A stretch of DNA of 64,000 nucleotides from Candidatus Peregrinibacteria bacterium. GTDB lineage: Bacteria > Patescibacteriota > Gracilibacteria > UBA1369 > JABINC01. Shown piece by piece: positions 30,953-40,254 of this stretch. The stretch is taken from contig JABINC010000041.1 in assembly GCA_018697675.1 (NCBI GenBank), positions 571-64,570 on the forward strand, read 5' to 3'. The translations under genes and the position numbers were made by a program. Below the pieces are notes generated by a model. The model was given only the letters and a program-made list of their open reading frames with translations. It ran no database searches and was not told the origin of the DNA. The number at the start of each line of letters is the position of its first letter. Positions within the stretch are counted from its first letter, which is position 1.

Positions 30953-31237
30953 ATGATGAAGAAGAAGAAAAAACAACGCCAACTTTGGATGAATATTGCC
31001 GATAAAGTCCCATTAGATAAATGCGGATTCGGGAAAAACTGTAAAGCAAAAAGATGCTGTCCAGCACACTATTGGCCACATGTAATGCCATTTTTTCAAG
31101 ATCCAGTAACAGACGAACCTTGCCACACACATGAAGCGGCTTGGCGAAGAGCTCATCACAATTTTTTCTGTAGAATACTGAAATGCCCGAATTACAAATT
31201 CATGAGAAAAGAAAGTAAGAAAAAAGGCTACGAATAG
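30953..31237 (+). CDS. small Cys/His-rich basic hypothetical protein
   Basis: 94 aa, Cys and His clustered (CGFGKNC..RCCPAH...CHTH...HH..FC...C). Confidence 0.6.
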   Translation: MMKKKKKQRQLWMNIADKVPLDKCGFGKNCKAKRCCPAHYWPHVMPFFQDPVTDEPCHTHEAAWRRAHHNFFCRILKCPNYKFMRKESKKKGYE

Positions 31238-31241
31238 CTCC

Positions 31242-32291
31242 TTATTTGAGCTCGCTTCGCTCGCCCTGCCAAGTAACTAAAACCATGACTATCATAATTA
31301 CAGCCATGATTGTTACAGCTGCAAATTTCCCCATAGAACCGAGAAAAAGAGCGCTAAATCCAAATACAGCACAGAGCACATAGATCAGAAAAAGAATCCA
31401 CCGCAAAGGAATTCCCATGTCCATTAATTTATCATGCAAATGTAACCTGTCTTTACCTTTGAACGGCGACTGACCACGAATTACACGTTGTAAAATTACC
31501 CAAAAGAAATCAAGCAATGGGAAACCAAGAATTAGAAATGCAGTAGCAATTTTCCCACCCGAAAAAATCGAAAGCACAGCAAGCATAAACCCAAGAAACA
31601 TCGAACCACTATCTCCCATAAGCATCTTTGCCGGATAAAAATCAAAACACCAAAATACCAGAAAAATACCTGCAAGAATCACACTCATAATTATAACCGG
31701 CTCTTGATCTATCATGTGAAATCCAGATCTAGAACTCAAGAAAAATAACGCCAGAGCCGCAATTCCTCCAACCCCAGAGGCGAGTCCATTCACTCCATCA
31801 AGCCAGTTTACACTATTTATAAGAATAATAATCCAAAGAATCGTGAAGATATCCGCAAGCCAGATTATCTCAAAACCATTTACCATAGTAATATAGGAAT
31901 CAAGTGAAAACGGTTCTCCAAACGGATTCGAAATACTATGAATTCCAACTCCAGAATACACAATTATCACTCCCGCAAGCCCTTGTACGATAAGCCGTAA
32001 CGAAGCTGGCAAAGGCCTGTAGTCATCAAAAAAAGACACTCCCACAATCAGCCCCGCCCCAATCAAAACTCCCACAACACTCGGATACTGACTCACAGGT
32101 AGGAAAAAAAGGACGGTTGAAAGAAAAATTAAATACAAAACAATACCAACAGAATAAGGGATTGGCGCACGTTTCAATCCATATTTTTTCGGCTTATCCA
32201 TCAATTTAAACTCTGGGAAAACTCGGAGCACCACAAGACATGCGATAAGAGATGCAACAGAAGCCACCAAAAATGGGAAAAGGTATTGCAT
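31242..32291 (-). CDS. glycosyltransferase family 4 (WecA/TagO-like undecaprenyl-phosphate GlcNAc-1-P transferase)
   Basis: Polytopic; FFDD, NSVNWLDGVNGL, MGDSGS, DRLHLH motifs. Confidence 0.9.
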   Translation of the reverse strand: MQYLFPFLVASVASLIACLVVLRVFPEFKLMDKPKKYGLKRAPIPYSVGIVLYLIFLSTVLFFLPVSQYPSVVGVLIGAGLIVGVSFFDDYRPLPASLRLIVQGLAGVIIVYSGVGIHSISNPFGEPFSLDSYITMVNGFEIIWLADIFTILWIIILINSVNWLDGVNGLASGVGGIAALALFFLSSRSGFHMIDQEPVIIMSVILAGIFLVFWCFDFYPAKMLMGDSGSMFLGFMLAVLSIFSGGKIATAFLILGFPLLDFFWVILQRVIRGQSPFKGKDRLHLHDKLMDMGIPLRWILFLIYVLCAVFGFSALFLGSMGKFAAVTIMAVIMIVMVLVTWQGERSELK

Positions 32292-32519
32292 AAAATTTTT
32301 TAATAATCGGTAATTATAAGAACTCTATTCTTCATGAAAAGATTCTATACGATGACCGCCCACCTGCCAACTTATTTATATAACTACTACTCCGTTTTCT
32401 CTTATAACCAATTATCATTTTTCTCATTCACCCCTCTCTTTGCCTTAGCTATCTCAACTTAACTTCTTCTCTCTAAATTTAAGCATCTCAACCTAATCCC
32501 CTTGCGACCACTTTTGCAT

Positions 32520-33117
32520 TTACAACATCTTCTTGCTAATAACCCTCCTATCTATCAAATGTGCGATCTCATGATGTTCTCGACAAAGTGGCGCTAAAAA
32601 GCGTGGATCATTGCTACCGGTCAGCGCGAATCTTGCAGTGTGGTGCATGCAGCTCGCATCACGACCACAGTTTGACACAGAGCACTTAGTTCCATATTCC
32701 TCTTTGAGGATTGTTTTTCTTCCTACCTGAAAATAGATCCTCCATATTTGCACCTCCTGATACAACTTTCCCATCAGTTAGCGCATCATGCAAGGCTGGC
32801 TTATCTGCAAATCGTTTCTCAAGATTGATTGTTAATCGAATTTGAGCTTCACTCAATCCCGCCATTCGTTTCCCAAATTCAAAAATTGAATTATATCCTT
32901 TTTTTTCATAAAGTCTGCGACGATTAACTTCTGGAAGAAGCCCAATAAATCTCTGGCGCCAAAATAGAACCTGAGTGCCGTACTCCCGACACATTGCGAG
33001 TAATTTTTTGTCGGAAAGATTTGCAAACTTTTCGTTTGAAGAACTTATAAGTTTTTCACTAGAATCATTCGCAGATTTTTTATCAGAAAGCTGTTTAATA
33101 TTTCTTATATTTTTCAT
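32520..33117 (-). pseudogene. disrupted HNH-endonuclease-domain gene (two overlapping frames)
   Basis: N-part 33117-32686 (FIGLLPEVNRRRLYEKKGYNSIFEF) and, in another frame, C-part 32774-32520 with CSVSNC...HH...PLCREHHEIAH. Confidence 0.6.
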
Positions 33118-33297
33118 GATTTGAGGGGCTATTTATCACAAGTTAAATGGTATGTTTAACATCATAAATCTACCACATGCTCACCATTTTGGATCAAGTG
33201 GAAATCGACTTTGCAAACATTGATTTATGGCTAAGCAAAACCAAGGGTTATCATTTCGACTAGACGAAAAAATAACAATATTACACGGTGAGTGTTG

Positions 33298-33399
33298 ACT
33301 CACGTGGAAAGCGTATTATACATAAAAATATACTCACGCAGGAAGCATATTGCACATAGAAGTTCGCTTACGCTAGAGTCGTGTTTTGCATGAAAATTA
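33298..33399. repeat. degenerate 34-bp tandem repeat, 3 copies
   Basis: ACTCACGTGGAAAGCGTATTATACATAAAAATAT / ACTCACGCAGGAAGCATATTGCACATAGAAGTTC / GCTTACGCTAGAGTCGTGTTTTGCATGAAAATTA (24/34, 19/34, 20/34 pairwise by hand). Confidence 0.7.
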
Positions 33400-34257
33400 A
33401 ATCAATTCAGACACCCCAATCAACCCAGCCTTCAACTGCTCAAATGAAGTTTCCTTAGATAATTTTACAACTCGGCCACAACCATCGAGAGAAGAATTCA
33501 TGTCAGAATTCAATTTAATAACTCCTCCCAATGTTGCCTGACCAACTCTAGTACGCCGGAGCCCTATGAGGGCCGCCGGAGCCCCGAGTATCTCCCCGAT
33601 ATCTCGTGCCAAACTACGCATATAAGTACCCTTGGAAACCGTTGCAAATACTTTTATAAAAGGGACTTTTACCAATGATGGCGCTGCTGACACCTCCTTA
33701 ATCCCGCTATCCATGAACTCCAATTTTTCAATCACAACTTTGCGAGGCTTCAACTCAAATTCTTTCCCTGCGCGAGCAAGATCATAGGCTCTCTTACCAC
33801 CAACTTTTAGAGCCGAAAATTTAGGAGGCATTTGGTCAATCTCACCTCGGAATTCTGAAAGAATTTTCTCAACATTCACTTCTGTAAGAAATTTTGAAAG
33901 AGAGGTGTTTGAAGGATTGAGAATAATATCTTCAATAAATTCAACTTCGCCATCCAAATCATAAGTCTCCGATTTTACTCCAAAACCAATTTCAGCTACA
34001 TAATCTTTATCAGCACCTTTCAACTGCTCCAGAGATTTCGTAGCCTTACCAACAGCTACAACAAGTACCCCAGTAGCATGCGGATCCAGCGTCCCAGCAT
34101 GTCCAACTTTTGGCTTCTTCTTGAGCCCCAAGCTATTTTTCATAGTCCAAGCAATTTTGTTCACACAGTCAAAAGAAGTCCAGCCAAACGGCTTATCAAC
34201 GATCAAGAATCCCGATGGGAGCAGTAGTGGATTATCCATTTTATGAGTTATTCCCAT
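33397..34257 (-). CDS. truB: tRNA pseudouridine(55) synthase
   Basis: DKPFGWTSFD, KVGHAGTLDPHATGVL, QMPPKFSALKVGGKRAY, SKGTYMRSL. Confidence 0.97.
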   Translation of the reverse strand: MGITHKMDNPLLLPSGFLIVDKPFGWTSFDCVNKIAWTMKNSLGLKKKPKVGHAGTLDPHATGVLVVAVGKATKSLEQLKGADKDYVAEIGFGVKSETYDLDGEVEFIEDIILNPSNTSLSKFLTEVNVEKILSEFRGEIDQMPPKFSALKVGGKRAYDLARAGKEFELKPRKVVIEKLEFMDSGIKEVSAAPSLVKVPFIKVFATVSKGTYMRSLARDIGEILGAPAALIGLRRTRVGQATLGGVIKLNSDMNSSLDGCGRVVKLSKETSFEQLKAGLIGVSELI

Positions 34258-34294
34258 TTAAATAATAAGCACAAATTCTCTTCACAAACTTGCG

Positions 34295-35662
34295 TCAGCT
34301 TTCAAAACATTTATTACCTCGCACTGTTTTATCAGAATCAAGCTCCAGTTCCAACTCTCGACTCAAAAGTTCCTTAACAACCTTTCTATCATCCCAAGGT
34401 ATCAACCCCTCCCCTATAGCCTGAACTTCTTCGCAGCCTTTTCCAGTGATGAGTACAGTGTCCCCAGCTTTTGCAGTAGCAAGACCTAGGCGAATCGCCT
34501 CACGTCGATCAGGCACAAGCCAAAGGCCACCTCCAGTAGCACCGGAGCCAGCCCCCTCCTCTCTCTTAATTCCTTTGGCAATATCTCTTAGAATTCCCAT
34601 TCGATCTTCTGTATATGGATCATCATCTGTGAGCACAATTTTGTCGGCATATTTATCAGCAACCCGCCCCATCTGTGAACGTTTCCCCTTATCTCGACCA
34701 CCACCCGTACATCCAAATATAAGTATCAAATTCCCTTTAGTAAGAGGTTTGAAAAGCGCACAAACTTTCTCAAGAGAGTCTACGGTATGAGCGTAATCCA
34801 CAATTACAGAAAATTTCTGCCCAACATCAACCCATTCTTGGCGTCCAGAAACTGGAGAAAGCTCTTCAAAAGCATCTTTGATTGTATGCGTATTAATACC
34901 ATTTGCTAGAGCAGCGCTCGCGGCCGCGAGCGCATTATGTACATTAAACCTACCTACCAATTTATTCACAATCCGCTCTTTATGATTTGGAATTTTCAAC
35001 ACAAATTCAGTACCATCCGCAGATAATTTAATATGCTCTGCAATACAAGTTCCTCTCGAAAAACCATAGGTAAAAAGTACATCAACTGTCACACCTCTGA
35101 ATTCATCAAAATATTTATCATCTTGATTTAAAACCGCAACCTTCTTCACATTTGGCTTTCTTTTGCTAGATGCTAGCATTCGAAAAAGCTTTAATTTTTC
35201 CCCTCTATAAGCCTTGTGACTTCCATGATAATCAATGTGGTCTTTGTCGATTTGAGTCAGCACCGCGGTATCAACATTGAGTCCAAAAGTTCTACTTTGA
35301 GTAACCGCATGAGAAGAAACTTCCACAACAGCATGCGTACATCCAGCTTTGACCATATCAGATAAAAGCTTTTGAAAAGCAAAAGGAGATGGAGTATTTT
35401 GCTTAGTTTTGTTTACCCACCTACGATCTGCAATTTGAAAATGCGTACTCGAAGTCATCCCCACCTTGTACCCAGCATGACTAAAAATTTTCGCAATCAA
35501 ATGACAAGTTGTAGTTTTCCCTTTTGTTCCAGTCACAGCAACAATAGTCATCTTATTCGCAGGAAATCCATAAGCAATAGCAGCAGCCACAGCCTTTAAC
35601 TTATGATAAGACAAGCGAAGCGGATGCCGATCAGGAATAATTGTACGAAGAATTTTAATCAA
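34295..35662 (-). CDS. murE: UDP-N-acetylmuramoyl-dipeptide amino-acid ligase (MurE family)
   Basis: VTGTKGKTT, EVSSH, DHIDYHG, VDYAHT, FGCTGGGRDKGKR, GKG.E, WDDR. Confidence 0.9.
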   Translation of the reverse strand: MIKILRTIIPDRHPLRLSYHKLKAVAAAIAYGFPANKMTIVAVTGTKGKTTTCHLIAKIFSHAGYKVGMTSSTHFQIADRRWVNKTKQNTPSPFAFQKLLSDMVKAGCTHAVVEVSSHAVTQSRTFGLNVDTAVLTQIDKDHIDYHGSHKAYRGEKLKLFRMLASSKRKPNVKKVAVLNQDDKYFDEFRGVTVDVLFTYGFSRGTCIAEHIKLSADGTEFVLKIPNHKERIVNKLVGRFNVHNALAAASAALANGINTHTIKDAFEELSPVSGRQEWVDVGQKFSVIVDYAHTVDSLEKVCALFKPLTKGNLILIFGCTGGGRDKGKRSQMGRVADKYADKIVLTDDDPYTEDRMGILRDIAKGIKREEGAGSGATGGGLWLVPDRREAIRLGLATAKAGDTVLITGKGCEEVQAIGEGLIPWDDRKVVKELLSRELELELDSDKTVRGNKCFES

Positions 35663-35674
35663 AACAGTTTTTTA

Positions 35675-36058
35675 TTAAGTCAAAAGTTTCTGAGCTTTCT
35701 CTATATCTTTTTCTATTTGAGCCACTAACTTCTCACTATTTTCAAAACGCTTCACATCTCGGAGTTTTTTCAAAATATCTACTTTGCACTCAACTCCATA
35801 TAGATCCCCACCTTCAAAATTCAGAAGAAAAACCTCAAAAGTCTCCACATTGTCAAAAGTCTCCCGAGGCCCCAAATGCATCACCCCAAAATAAGCTTCA
35901 TCTGGCAACTCAACTTCACAGAGATAAACTCCAGTGCCAAAGTCTATATGCTCCGGGTAAACTAAATTAATAGTAGGAAAGCCTAGGCGACGCCCCATTC
36001 CAACACCTTTTATAACTTTTGAAGTAACTGTAAATATATTCTTTAAACCTTCACTCAT
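35675..36058 (-). CDS. stand-alone riboflavin kinase domain
   Basis: GRRLGFPTINL, GVY, EVFLLNF.GDLYG, LRDVKRF...LVAQIEKD; no FAD synthetase domain. Confidence 0.9.
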   Translation of the reverse strand: MSEGLKNIFTVTSKVIKGVGMGRRLGFPTINLVYPEHIDFGTGVYLCEVELPDEAYFGVMHLGPRETFDNVETFEVFLLNFEGGDLYGVECKVDILKKLRDVKRFENSEKLVAQIEKDIEKAQKLLT

Positions 36059-36084
36059 TTTTTTTAAGCTTTAAATAATAAGGT

Positions 36085-36672
36085 TTACTCTAAATCCCCA
36101 TCCATCTTTGGCTCTACAATTCCATAAGTGCCATCATCTTTTTTATAAACCATAGAAAAACGCCCGGTATCTAGATTCTCAAATACAAAACAATTGTGCC
36201 CAATAAGCTCCATTTGCTCGATAGCCTCTTCTTCATGCATTGGAGAAGTATTCGAATATCTCTTGCGACGCGTAATATTTGATTCAAATTTATATTCCTC
36301 TCCAGAAAAATCAGTTAAAAGAATTCCTTTTTCACCAGCCAGCCATCGTCCTTCTTTATCACGTTTATGTTTCTTCGCAGAATAACGCTCAATTTGTTTT
36401 TTCAATTTTGCCACAGCAAGATCAATAGCCTCGGCTACTTGATTTGCATGTACCTCCGCTCGAAGAATAGACCGCGGAACAGCCATAGTAATTTGACATT
36501 CCACATGTTTTCCTTCTGTACGTGTAACTGATTTCTTCAATTCAACATGCACTTTGGTAGCATCTCCCGAAATACGTTCATCAAAACGTCCCAACGCCTC
36601 AAGCTTCTCAATAGCATATTCTTTATGCTCTGGATTTACCTTAATATCATGAGTAGTAATGTCGATGTGCAT
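36085..36672 (-). CDS. hpf: ribosome hibernation promoting factor (long HPF / RaiA family)
   Basis: S30AE domain (AIDLAVAKLKKQIERY) plus C-terminal PMHEEEAIEQMELIGHNCFVF...VYKKDDGTYG. Confidence 0.93.
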   Translation of the reverse strand: MHIDITTHDIKVNPEHKEYAIEKLEALGRFDERISGDATKVHVELKKSVTRTEGKHVECQITMAVPRSILRAEVHANQVAEAIDLAVAKLKKQIERYSAKKHKRDKEGRWLAGEKGILLTDFSGEEYKFESNITRRKRYSNTSPMHEEEAIEQMELIGHNCFVFENLDTGRFSMVYKKDDGTYGIVEPKMDGDLE

Positions 36673-36788
36673 AAAACAAATTGTTTAAGATATACCTAAA
36701 AACTGATTGTGAAAGAAGTATACATTGATCAAGAAAAAAACTCTAATTGATTTTCACACCAAAAGAACCCCTACTTCTCATTTAAATT

Positions 36789-37457
36789 CTACCCCGCCTG
36801 TTTGATCCCTTCCACAAGATCTCGAAGCACAGCTTCCGGATCCGCAGATTTCATTACTCCAGATGCAAGTAGAATTCCAGAAGCACCCAGCTCAAAAGCA
36901 ATTTTCACATCTCTGGCATCTTTGATCCCAGCCCCTACGATCACCTTCCCCCTGCCAATTTTTTCAACTGTCCGATCAATAATTTCGGGATTCGCAGTCG
37001 ACACAGATATATCACCACCTATGAGCTCCGGCGGCTCCACCGCCAACATTTCCGGCTCAAATTCCAAAAACCCCTCCGCCTCATCCGCACTTTCCGCACA
37101 GACTATATGCCTCAAACCAACCTCTTTTGCACGTTTAATCGAAGCCAAAAGAACCTCTCGACTAAGCCTTTTTTCAGAATGATTTAGGAGGGTCCCATAC
37201 GCCCCAATATCTTTCACAGCCTCAGGGAGCACACTTCCCGTCCCTCGCCCAGGAGTGATCGGATCAATATGCTGCACAAAAACCGGTATAGACACAGCTT
37301 CTACAATAGCCTTCAAATCAATCGCCGACACAGCCACTCCAATCACAACCCCAGTTTCCTTCGAAACCTTCTCATGAATTTTCGCCATCCGCACCGCATC
37401 TTCTCCAAAACCCTCATCATAAGCTTTAAAATTCGTAACAATAAGTGGAAATTCCAT
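36789..37457 (-). CDS. tpiA: triosephosphate isomerase, archaeal type
   Basis: Probable start MEFPLIVTNFKAY; QHID, LLNHSE, AVEPPELIGG, GAGIK, LLASG; ~222 aa. Confidence 0.93.
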   Translation of the reverse strand: MEFPLIVTNFKAYDEGFGEDAVRMAKIHEKVSKETGVVIGVAVSAIDLKAIVEAVSIPVFVQHIDPITPGRGTGSVLPEAVKDIGAYGTLLNHSEKRLSREVLLASIKRAKEVGLRHIVCAESADEAEGFLEFEPEMLAVEPPELIGGDISVSTANPEIIDRTVEKIGRGKVIVGAGIKDARDVKIAFELGASGILLASGVMKSADPEAVLRDLVEGIKQAG

Positions 37458-37552
37458 GAAAAATAAGATAAAAATATAGTCCACCGAAAGATAAAGAAAA
37501 AGACTCCCAAACACAAGAAAAACCCCACTCAATAAAATACTACAAAAAATAC

Positions 37553-37581
37553 TTGACAATATCGCAACAAAGTATTAAAGT
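37553..37581 (+). promoter_or_regulatory. sigma70-type promoter of the coiled-coil gene cluster
   Basis: TTGACA-17 bp-TAAAGT upstream of ATG 37614. Confidence 0.65.
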
Positions 37582-37613
37582 GCTCTCTTAATTTGTTTTT
37601 AAACCCATGTAAC

Positions 37614-40217
37614 ATGGCAAAGAAAGGAAACGGACTAGATAGATCTGATGGATCTGATAGCCCAGCAGAAACTGGCGAACTAGTCACTTTAATACCAAGT
37701 GATGATCCAAGCGCGGCAGCTCCAGATCCAGCAGCTCTAGCAACAGCAAACCCATTTCTAGGAGATGGTGCCCCTTTGACAAGAGAAATGACTGCAAGCA
37801 CAGCCCCACATTTAGCTGCCTTCACAGGAGGAACTCCAGAAGAAAAAGCTGCTCAACAAGCTGCAGAAGAAGCTGCAAAACAAGCAGAATTAGAAAAAAT
37901 TACCAGAGAAAAAGCAAGCATAGGAACTATGACACTGGAATTAACTGAATTAGAAAGACAAATCGAAGCGGCTGATACAACTAGAAAAGCAATATTAGCA
38001 CAAGCACAAGCTGAAACTGATCCAGATAAGAAAGCTGAATTAGGATTTAAATTAGCAGGAGCTATAACCACACTAAGGGCAATAAAAGCCGCTAAAAGAG
38101 AAGCAATAACTGAGCTAGCGGAAAAAGATAAAGTTGTACTTAAAGAGGTCTTGGCAGACATACGATTTCAACTCAGAGGAGATAAAGGCCCTAAAAAAGA
38201 CGTGAGACTACAAAACCTACGAAACAGCAAGGGTCAACTCGAAGCGAAAACAAACGCATTAGCAACTCAAATACGAGAAGTAGAGTTAGCAGTATCTCAA
38301 GATCGAGCAGATAGAGATACCGCTCTCAGAGCAGTAGAAGAGGCAACAGCAAAAGCAACAACCGCAGAACAAAGAATTACAGCAATTGCAACAGAGTTAG
38401 CTGAATTAGACACAGCCGTAGAAACTGACATGAACAGTGCAACAGAGACTGAAATAGAAGGTAAAAGAACAGGAGCAAGAGACCTAAGAGCTCATTTGGC
38501 GCAAGCTATAGAAACAAAAGAAGGAACGAAATTCAGGAAAAGAGAAGTAGAGTTAAGAGATCTATTATTAGAAAGAGAAGCGCTAAATGCCCAAATACAA
38601 ACAAATGCAGTCGCATTTGCAGAGAAATTAGTGAATTTCCCAGCGATAGACGCAGAAATTCGAAAGCTCTTCTCAGACACAACTACCCTACCGGAACCAA
38701 TCACTTCAGAAGATTTACCGAAAAAAGGACAAGTTCCAAGTATCACTCAATTAGAAAATTGGTATTCAAAAATCAAAGAATATCACGATACCATTATGGC
38801 GCAATTAAACCATTATTCAAATGAATATACCACGAAAACTAAAGCTCGAGATGCACTTATAGCAGCAATTACAAGCTTAGAAGGGTCACTAGGGTTCCTT
38901 GATGGAGATGTTTTAGAAAAAGTAAAGGGAGATATTACAGAGAAAGAACGCGCAAGAGATGCCAGAAACGCCGAAGCTCGGGAAATCGCAGAAAAAGGAC
39001 AAACTCTTCAAGAAAAATCCAAAGAAAAACTAAGCCTACTACGCAAAGAGATAATGTCGATTTTTGGAGATAAACATGGATATGGAAAAGTGAGAGCTTT
39101 ACAAGCATCAATTGATAAGACAAAAGGAGCCATGAAAGGTCCTGCCGTAAAAAAAGTCGAAACATATATTCAAGCAATTCAAGCAGAAGAAAGGTTAACT
39201 ACAGAAATCTCAAAACTCGACACAGAGATCGCAGAAGAAGACGCTGCACTCAAAGAGGCTAAAAGAAAAACTGATGAAAAAGAACGCAAAGCAACTGAAC
39301 TAAGAGCAGAAGATCAAGCCTCACGAAGAACTCTAGCAGAAAACCAGAGAATCGCAGAAGAAAAGAAAGCTTTTGCAGAAACGGCAGACTCAACAGCCGA
39401 AGGAAAAGAATCTTTTCTACCGAAATTACGGAACAAATTAACAACACTAGAAAAAGACCAAGCTCCACTGATGAAGGCAACTATGGAACAGCTTACCCCT
39501 CTTCAAGCAGAGGTAGAGTCACTCCAAAGAATTGAAGACATCCTAACCCAAGCAGACGCTGGTAATCTATCATTAGACGAAGACCAAGGATCAGATGAAA
39601 CACTTCTTGCAAAGGTCGAAAATTTGGACAGACGAGTAGCTACACTAACACGAGGATTGGGAACGGTTCGCGCGGACACACGCACAGCTGTAGAAGAAGC
39701 CCTATCAGAAACCCCAGAGCCAACTACATCATGGGCAGAAGTAATTAACAACATAATTGATGTATTCAGAGAGCGGAGACTCCCAGTAGCTTTGCTTATT
39801 GGAGTAATACTAGGTTTCCTGCTTACAAAATCACCTGCTCTATACACCGGAGATAATTATGAAACTCTAGAAGACCCTACAGAACAAGATACTCCAGATG
39901 AAGACGATGGACATCTAGACCGTGCTGAATCCCCTCAAACCGAAGCACCATCTCCTAGCGGTGGCCTTATAGAAGAAGCTGAAGAACTCACCCCAGAACC
40001 AACTCCAACGACAGAACCAGAAGAAGAAGAAGAAGAAGTTACTCCAGAGGAACCTATAACTCCTACTAAAAGATATGATGCTCCATCAGAATTAGAAAGT
40101 CTAAGAGAAGGATCAGGGACCGCTCCAAAGCAAGAAGAAAAAACCACCCCAGAACCGACACCAACGCCAACTCCGGCTCCAACGATCGATCTAGATGCCT
40201 TAAATGAAACTGGATAA
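37614..40217 (+). CDS. hypothetical long coiled-coil protein with one TM helix and acidic Pro/Thr-rich C-tail
   Basis: ATG 37614 (MAKKGNG); heptad-rich A/E/K/L sequence; TM LPVALLIGVILGFLL; tail TPEPTPTTEPEEEEEE. Confidence 0.88.
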   Translation: MAKKGNGLDRSDGSDSPAETGELVTLIPSDDPSAAAPDPAALATANPFLGDGAPLTREMTASTAPHLAAFTGGTPEEKAAQQAAEEAAKQAELEKITREKASIGTMTLELTELERQIEAADTTRKAILAQAQAETDPDKKAELGFKLAGAITTLRAIKAAKREAITELAEKDKVVLKEVLADIRFQLRGDKGPKKDVRLQNLRNSKGQLEAKTNALATQIREVELAVSQDRADRDTALRAVEEATAKATTAEQRITAIATELAELDTAVETDMNSATETEIEGKRTGARDLRAHLAQAIETKEGTKFRKREVELRDLLLEREALNAQIQTNAVAFAEKLVNFPAIDAEIRKLFSDTTTLPEPITSEDLPKKGQVPSITQLENWYSKIKEYHDTIMAQLNHYSNEYTTKTKARDALIAAITSLEGSLGFLDGDVLEKVKGDITEKERARDARNAEAREIAEKGQTLQEKSKEKLSLLRKEIMSIFGDKHGYGKVRALQASIDKTKGAMKGPAVKKVETYIQAIQAEERLTTEISKLDTEIAEEDAALKEAKRKTDEKERKATELRAEDQASRRTLAENQRIAEEKKAFAETADSTAEGKESFLPKLRNKLTTLEKDQAPLMKATMEQLTPLQAEVESLQRIEDILTQADAGNLSLDEDQGSDETLLAKVENLDRRVATLTRGLGTVRADTRTAVEEALSETPEPTTSWAEVINNIIDVFRERRLPVALLIGVILGFLLTKSPALYTGDNYETLEDPTEQDTPDEDDGHLDRAESPQTEAPSPSGGLIEEAEELTPEPTPTTEPEEEEEEVTPEEPITPTKRYDAPSELESLREGSGTAPKQEEKTTPEPTPTPTPAPTIDLDALNETG

Positions 40218-40254
40218 ATCGCGCAAATATAAATCCAATAATCCCAGAATTTAA

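Noticed and set aside
33298-33399. CRISPR array
   Set aside because: Repeats are head-to-tail and degenerate, with no unique spacers and no cas genes
37614-40217. SMC/Rad50 or phage tape-measure assignment for the coiled-coil protein
   Set aside because: No Walker A/B, signature motif or CxxC hook; has a single TM helix; no phage structural genes nearby
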